Virus record (IMG/VR): IMGVR_UViG_3300009436_000023
Direction: 5' to 3' (one strand)
Source of the DNA: an uncultured virus (IMG/VR IMGVR_UViG_3300009436_000023)
Taxonomy: Duplodnaviria; Heunggongvirae; Uroviricota; Caudoviricetes
DNA: 20,000 bases
Position 1 is the stretch's first letter. Each line of letters begins with the position of its first letter. The notes under the pieces were generated by a model. That model did no database searches, was not told the DNA's origin, and saw only the letters and a list, made by a program, of their open reading frames with translations. The translations under genes were made by a program, and so were the position numbers. Shown piece by piece: positions 15,973-20,000 of the stretch.

Positions 15973-16001
15973 ACTTTAATCGATAAACAAACTAATGTCA
16001 A
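15973..16001 (-). promoter_or_regulatory. sigma70-type promoter (- strand)
   Basis: TTGACA (16001-15996), 17-nt spacer, TAAAGT (15978-15973). Confidence 0.6.
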
Positions 16002-16060
16002 GACACCAAAAACAGCCATCCTCCATTATATAACATAGGGAGCGGTTGTTTTTGGTGTCT
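16001..16060. repeat. 17-bp near-perfect inverted repeat (hairpin/cruciform; possible terminator)
   Basis: AGACACCAAAAACAGCC (16001-16017) / GGTTGTTTTTGGTGTCT (16044-16060), 16/17 complementary, with an inner CTCC/GGAG pair. Confidence 0.8.
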
Positions 16061-16364
16061 ATTTCTTTTTGCCGCCAAGCTTCTTTGGCTCTACTGCCTC
16101 TAGTCGCTTTTCAATCTCATCGATCTTAGCTGTTATCTTTGGATACTTCTTACGCCATGCGTCTTCTGGTTGCTCCAACCAAGTCCAACCCCAACGTTTT
16201 ACTAAGAAGTCAACTGCATTGTCTACCTTCGCATAGCCCCAAAGGCCAATGCGTGTCGTGCTTATATATGCAACAAAGATTGCACCTAAGACTGAACCAC
16301 CCAACGCTGTGTATATCCACAGACGATCACTCGCCATTTGTTGTATCATATCAATCATTATCAT
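16059..16364 (-). CDS. membrane protein with C-terminal coiled segment
   Basis: N-terminal TM (LWIYTALGGSVLGAIFVAYI); AGGAG SD; exact start ambiguous among nearby ATGs. Confidence 0.7.
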   Translation of the reverse strand: MIMIDMIQQMASDRLWIYTALGGSVLGAIFVAYISTTRIGLWGYAKVDNAVDFLVKRWGWTWLEQPEDAWRKKYPKITAKIDEIEKRLEAVEPKKLGGKKK

Positions 16365-17088
16365 TCTCCTTGGTGTACTTACAATAATGGTTCATGCCAT
16401 GATCATATGCACCGTCAAATGGCATTCCCTTTTTCAAGGCTCTCCATCTGCCACGCCACTTATCTTTTACTCGTTGCCACTTTGTGCAGGCTCTAATATT
16501 TCCGTAGTAATTGATGTATCGTGGTGTGGAGTTGTGTCTGTACCCCAACAAAGCAAATGGTACACAAGTAACAAGATCGTTATTGTTGACGTGCCTAAAA
16601 TGAGGTGTTTTGATAGATTTAACAAATTTCTTAGTCCCTGTTCTTGGTGATCCGTAGGTGAATAGCGCATCAACTTTATCTTGTAAACGACTACAAGCAA
16701 TTGTTGCCATAGCACCACCCAACGAGTGACCACATATGAAAAAATTCTTTCCTTCTAATTTTAAACTGTCGATTGAAGTTGACAGTTGATCCCATAATTT
16801 ATCTACTTCTACTTGGAAGCCATTATGTACAAAACCAGAGCCATTCCACGCCCTGTCTGGTAATGCGTTTAGGTCTGCTTTGATATCAGAGAACTCTCCT
16901 GGTTCCGTCCCTCTAAAGCACAAAACATTTTCTTCTTTGTTTCCAATGATGTGAACTTGTGCGCCATCACTCTCAATAAATTTGTGTCTTGTATAACCTA
17001 GTTTTTTATATTGCTTCTTAGCATCTGCGCCATCCATATAAGCTATTTGGGCGCATTGAGCCATTACTGCACATTTATTTATGAACAT
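16351..17088 (-). CDS. class 3 lipase family alpha/beta hydrolase
   Basis: FRGT, VHNGF, CGHSLGGA nucleophile elbow, TYGSPR.G, VNNNDLV..VP, C-terminal DH. Confidence 0.88.
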   Translation of the reverse strand: MFINKCAVMAQCAQIAYMDGADAKKQYKKLGYTRHKFIESDGAQVHIIGNKEENVLCFRGTEPGEFSDIKADLNALPDRAWNGSGFVHNGFQVEVDKLWDQLSTSIDSLKLEGKNFFICGHSLGGAMATIACSRLQDKVDALFTYGSPRTGTKKFVKSIKTPHFRHVNNNDLVTCVPFALLGYRHNSTPRYINYYGNIRACTKWQRVKDKWRGRWRALKKGMPFDGAYDHGMNHYCKYTKENDND

Positions 17089-17100
17089 CTTTCCTATCCT

Positions 17101-17454
17101 TTACTTCAATCCTTTTAATTTAGCTTTCATCATTTCGTGGGCATCTCTAGGTGTCTCCGTGGCTTCTGGCGATAGTCTGGGTTCGGTTTCCCCCCTGCCA
17201 AGAGCAACACTGGATTGTACCTGTTTTCTGCCACGACTTTCTTTTCGATAGCTACCCTCAATACCAAAATATCCGACTTCTTTTTTGAGCCTTTCAAGTC
17301 TTCGCCTGAGATGGAAAACTTTTTCATTTAAGTCTATCCCTATGCTATTTAGTTGTTGCTCTGAAAATTCCGTCCCAATATGGCGGTAAGTCTTGGGTTG
17401 CCATGTAATTACAACGTTCAATCCAAATATCGTAATATTCATCCATTTTGCCAT
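17101..17454 (-). CDS. hypothetical protein; gene model uncertain (alternative 17130..17327)
   Basis: Perfect AAGGAGGT SD 4 nt before ATG 17454, and the stop is 12 nt before the lipase start, but it overlaps the cyclase by 110 nt. Confidence 0.45.
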   Translation of the reverse strand: MAKWMNITIFGLNVVITWQPKTYRHIGTEFSEQQLNSIGIDLNEKVFHLRRRLERLKKEVGYFGIEGSYRKESRGRKQVQSSVALGRGETEPRLSPEATETPRDAHEMMKAKLKGLK

Positions 17455-19396
17455 TAAAACCTCCTTTTAGTTGCTCACACATAGTGATAACTTCACCAAA
17501 CTTTTGTTCTTTATAACACTTGTGCATAAAGTTGTGGCTTAGTTGGTTTGCACTATTGAATGCCTTGTCTGATCCACTCAAGTCTAATGCTGTGTATATG
17601 TCTAATCCAACTGTCTTTCCTTTTACTGCAAGGCAATCAAGTTGAAGGTAAAAGAAATCTTTCTTGGTAGCTTGGTATGTAGAAGGTCCGACAATCAACA
17701 CAACACCATAACCCTTACAGGCACTTTCTAATCTAGCCGCCGTGGATACCGCATCTCCAAGAATGTCATAGCTGTGTCTTGCAGTCGATCCCATTTCACC
17801 AATGTAACCTAGACCAGTGTTGATCCCAGCGCCCATAGCAACAGGTGGTTTGCCAGCAGCAACAAGCTTAGCGCTAAACTCATCTACCGCTCTTAACATA
17901 AGGAAACATGTTTTAACACCATTTCTAGGATGATCTGGATCATTGATAGGTGCGTTGTGAATATGCATAGAGGCGTCACCAATGTACTTAATGATCATTC
18001 CGTTTGCGTCTAAGACTGGCTTAGTAATTGCATCCATGTAACCATTCATGACATCAGTAAGACCTTTAACGTCATCTCCAAAACTTTCGCCCAATGGAGT
18101 GAAGCCACGCAAGTCACTAAACACAATAGAAACTTCTTTCTTCATGCCTTCTTTGACAAGAGCAGGATTTTCTTGAAGTAGGCGTACTACTTCTGGCGAA
18201 GCGTAACCTGCGAATTGTTTTTTGATTGCTTGCTTCTGTAGAAACTCATCTACAAACCTGAGTACATACTGTACAAGACCAACGAGCAAGAGCATAGCAC
18301 TAATGGTAACGCCATCAATAAGAATATTCGAAGTAGTAAAGACATAGATGGAACCCCCAATAAGTCCAGTGATTGTCATGACAAAAACACCAAGACCTAT
18401 GAAAGTCCAATATGATAATAAAATTATGATAAGACCACTCACAACTAATGCGGCTAACTCGCCCCATGCTTTTGCATCTGCATTTCGTGTGATGTTACTC
18501 TCGTTAAATACAGTACCAAGCATTGCCGCCTGTATTTCGTGTGGGAACACAGAACCCATCGCAGTAGCAAGTGGTTGTGTAATACCTGATGCAGTCGTAC
18601 CTACAAAAACCACAGCCCCACCGAAGTCATTTGGTAATTCAGAAAGGCTTACTGAGTTGTATCCTTGTGACCAATCAACCCATACTTCACCAGCTTCGTT
18701 TGTTGGTATGATACCGAATTGAGGTATTCTTAACTTATCTACGCCCAAAGGTGATAACTTGATTTGGAAGCTTGGATCACCAGCAAGAATACGTAATACT
18801 TCCATTGTAACGTTTGGATATAACGTACCACCACTCTCAAAAACTAAAGGTGCGCGTCTAGTAACACCATCTATTTCTGGGAAGGTGTTGATAATTCCTG
18901 ACCCCACTGCATTAGACTCAATGACATCGACGTTAGCTGTAATGCCAAGTACGCTTGGAATAACATACATATAATCGCTATTAATAATAGCGGCTCCCGG
19001 ATTAATTGGCTCATTTTTATTCTCCTCAGTACCTAGCATTGTCACTATGACAGGGTAGTTTTGCAAGGTTAATGCAAGTAAGTCGTCTTCACCAGACCTA
19101 TCTTCCTCACTCATCAAAACATTAAACACTACAAGCCCAGCGCCACGACTGTACAAATCTTCGATAATAGCACCGTATTCACCACGAGGGAAAGGCCACT
19201 GACCATATTGATTCAATGCTTCTTCATCTATATTAACTGCGTAAATGTTATTTGGGACAATTTCTTGGCTTACAATTAACTGATCGAAATAACGTAAACG
19301 CATGCTTTCAATAAAGGATGGGTTTACAACATATAACCAAGCAAATAAACCTAGCATCATTACAGCCCATATCGGGGAAAATAGTATTTTTCTCAT
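17345..19396 (-). CDS. CHASE2-domain membrane class III adenylate/guanylate cyclase
   Basis: N-terminal TM, CHASE2 motifs (VNIDE..L..YGQWPFPR, DGVTRR, VFVG.TA, PHEIQA), 3 TM helices, cyclase motifs FSDLRGFT, KYIGDA, GAGINTG..YIGEMGS, YDILGDAVSTAARLE, VKGK. Confidence 0.92.
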   Translation of the reverse strand: MRKILFSPIWAVMMLGLFAWLYVVNPSFIESMRLRYFDQLIVSQEIVPNNIYAVNIDEEALNQYGQWPFPRGEYGAIIEDLYSRGAGLVVFNVLMSEEDRSGEDDLLALTLQNYPVIVTMLGTEENKNEPINPGAAIINSDYMYVIPSVLGITANVDVIESNAVGSGIINTFPEIDGVTRRAPLVFESGGTLYPNVTMEVLRILAGDPSFQIKLSPLGVDKLRIPQFGIIPTNEAGEVWVDWSQGYNSVSLSELPNDFGGAVVFVGTTASGITQPLATAMGSVFPHEIQAAMLGTVFNESNITRNADAKAWGELAALVVSGLIIILLSYWTFIGLGVFVMTITGLIGGSIYVFTTSNILIDGVTISAMLLLVGLVQYVLRFVDEFLQKQAIKKQFAGYASPEVVRLLQENPALVKEGMKKEVSIVFSDLRGFTPLGESFGDDVKGLTDVMNGYMDAITKPVLDANGMIIKYIGDASMHIHNAPINDPDHPRNGVKTCFLMLRAVDEFSAKLVAAGKPPVAMGAGINTGLGYIGEMGSTARHSYDILGDAVSTAARLESACKGYGVVLIVGPSTYQATKKDFFYLQLDCLAVKGKTVGLDIYTALDLSGSDKAFNSANQLSHNFMHKCYKEQKFGEVITMCEQLKGGFNGKMDEYYDIWIERCNYMATQDLPPYWDGIFRATTK

Positions 19397-19509
19397 TCTT
19401 CTTTACACTCGCATTTATAGCAGACGTCATTCACACACTCTTTGCAATCTGGACTGTAACAGTGACAACCATGACCGCATTTCTTACAGGTTCTTGGTGT
19501 TCCTTGCAT
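19393..19509 (-). CDS. Cys/His-rich metallothionein-like peptide (38 aa, not in ORF track)
   Basis: MQGTPRTCKKCGHGCHCYSPDCKECVNDVCYKCECKEE (9 Cys, 2 His); GGAG SD; ATGA overlap with the cyclase start. Confidence 0.7.
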   Translation of the reverse strand: MQGTPRTCKKCGHGCHCYSPDCKECVNDVCYKCECKEE

Positions 19510-19535
19510 GTATTAACTCCATATAAAGATACATG

Positions 19536-19543
19536 TATTTATA
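19536..19543 (-). promoter_or_regulatory. T4-type late promoter TATAAATA
   Basis: Exact match on the - strand in the intergenic gap, about 27 nt upstream of the Cys-rich ORF. Confidence 0.7.
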
Positions 19544-19999
19544 TTAATTTTGCGTTACGGTCACTGCGCAACCGTTTGCATTGTTGCAATATTGTGTAAG
19601 GCTGTATGAGTTTAATCCTGTATCTTGATAACTACTACCAAGTTGTCGAACATTGACAGTATTAGGACCACCTACATTTGTTACGTCTATGTTAGCAACA
19701 TTATTCATTGACCTTTGATATACGTTTACATAGTTATCATCACCAGTTACGCTGATATTCGATTCTGCTTCTCCATAACTGTCGCTACTAACCTTTACAG
19801 TATTATCATCGCCTGTAATTAGAATATTACTTTCTTTAGTACCGCCCCAATCTTGATTACTATAACCGTGGCTTCCACTACTGTGGTTTGAAAACAAGAC
19901 TTGTGCCTTGTTGCGATCACCTACAATTCCAATGTTTGTTTCATTGATGTTGTTGTTGCCTTGCCCAGTAGCGTGTGCTACAACAACTTTATTGTCATC
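19544..19999 (-). CDS. curlin-repeat-like beta-rich protein (3' part; ORF open to the right edge)
   Basis: Repeats NIGIVGDRNKAQV / NILITGDDNTVKV / NISVTGDDNYVNVYQ / NIDVTNVGGPNTVNVRQ; N/G/Q/V-rich; C-terminal CxxxxGCxVxVxQ. Confidence 0.65.
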   Translation of the reverse strand, partial: DDNKVVVAHATGQGNNNINETNIGIVGDRNKAQVLFSNHSSGSHGYSNQDWGGTKESNILITGDDNTVKVSSDSYGEAESNISVTGDDNYVNVYQRSMNNVANIDVTNVGGPNTVNVRQLGSSYQDTGLNSYSLTQYCNNANGCAVTVTQN

Positions 20000-20000
20000 G

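Noticed and set aside
17345..19396. Cyclase as a Pycsar/CBASS-type defence system with the lipase as effector
   Set aside because: The CHASE2 receptor architecture and ATP-type specifier residues fit signalling cyclases, and the lipase shows no evident cyclic-nucleotide sensor domain.
1..20000. CRISPR array, IS element, integrase or rRNA
   Set aside because: No regularly spaced repeats, transposase/integrase motifs or rRNA-like sequence were seen.

Overview
This window is a segment of a T4-like (myovirus) phage genome, probably from an aquatic phage of a heterotrophic proteobacterium (host is an inference). The left end holds the 5' part of a gp3-like tail completion gene (- strand). On the + strand follow the type II topoisomerase genes (gp39+60, gp52), small early ORFs behind sigma70-like promoters, three tRNAs (Arg-UCU, CAU, Gln-UUG), a candidate structured ncRNA, galE-like and HNH genes, and an ABC-ATPase/GNAT fusion. 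Next come a translationally coupled heme-biosynthesis cassette (hemE-hemF-hemC), a Mom-like GNAT and an N6A/N4C DNA methyltransferase. The right end (- strand) carries a curlin-repeat-like protein (partial), a 38-aa Cys-rich metallothionein-like ORF missed by the ORF track, a CHASE2 class III nucleotide cyclase, a class 3 lipase, small membrane proteins and an IscA/HesB Fe-S carrier. The most notable items are the phage hem operon, the AGCA-loop ncRNA candidate, the curlin/metallothionein/cyclase module and the DNA-modification genes flanking the hem cassette. All protein calls rest on recognised motifs; no searches were run.
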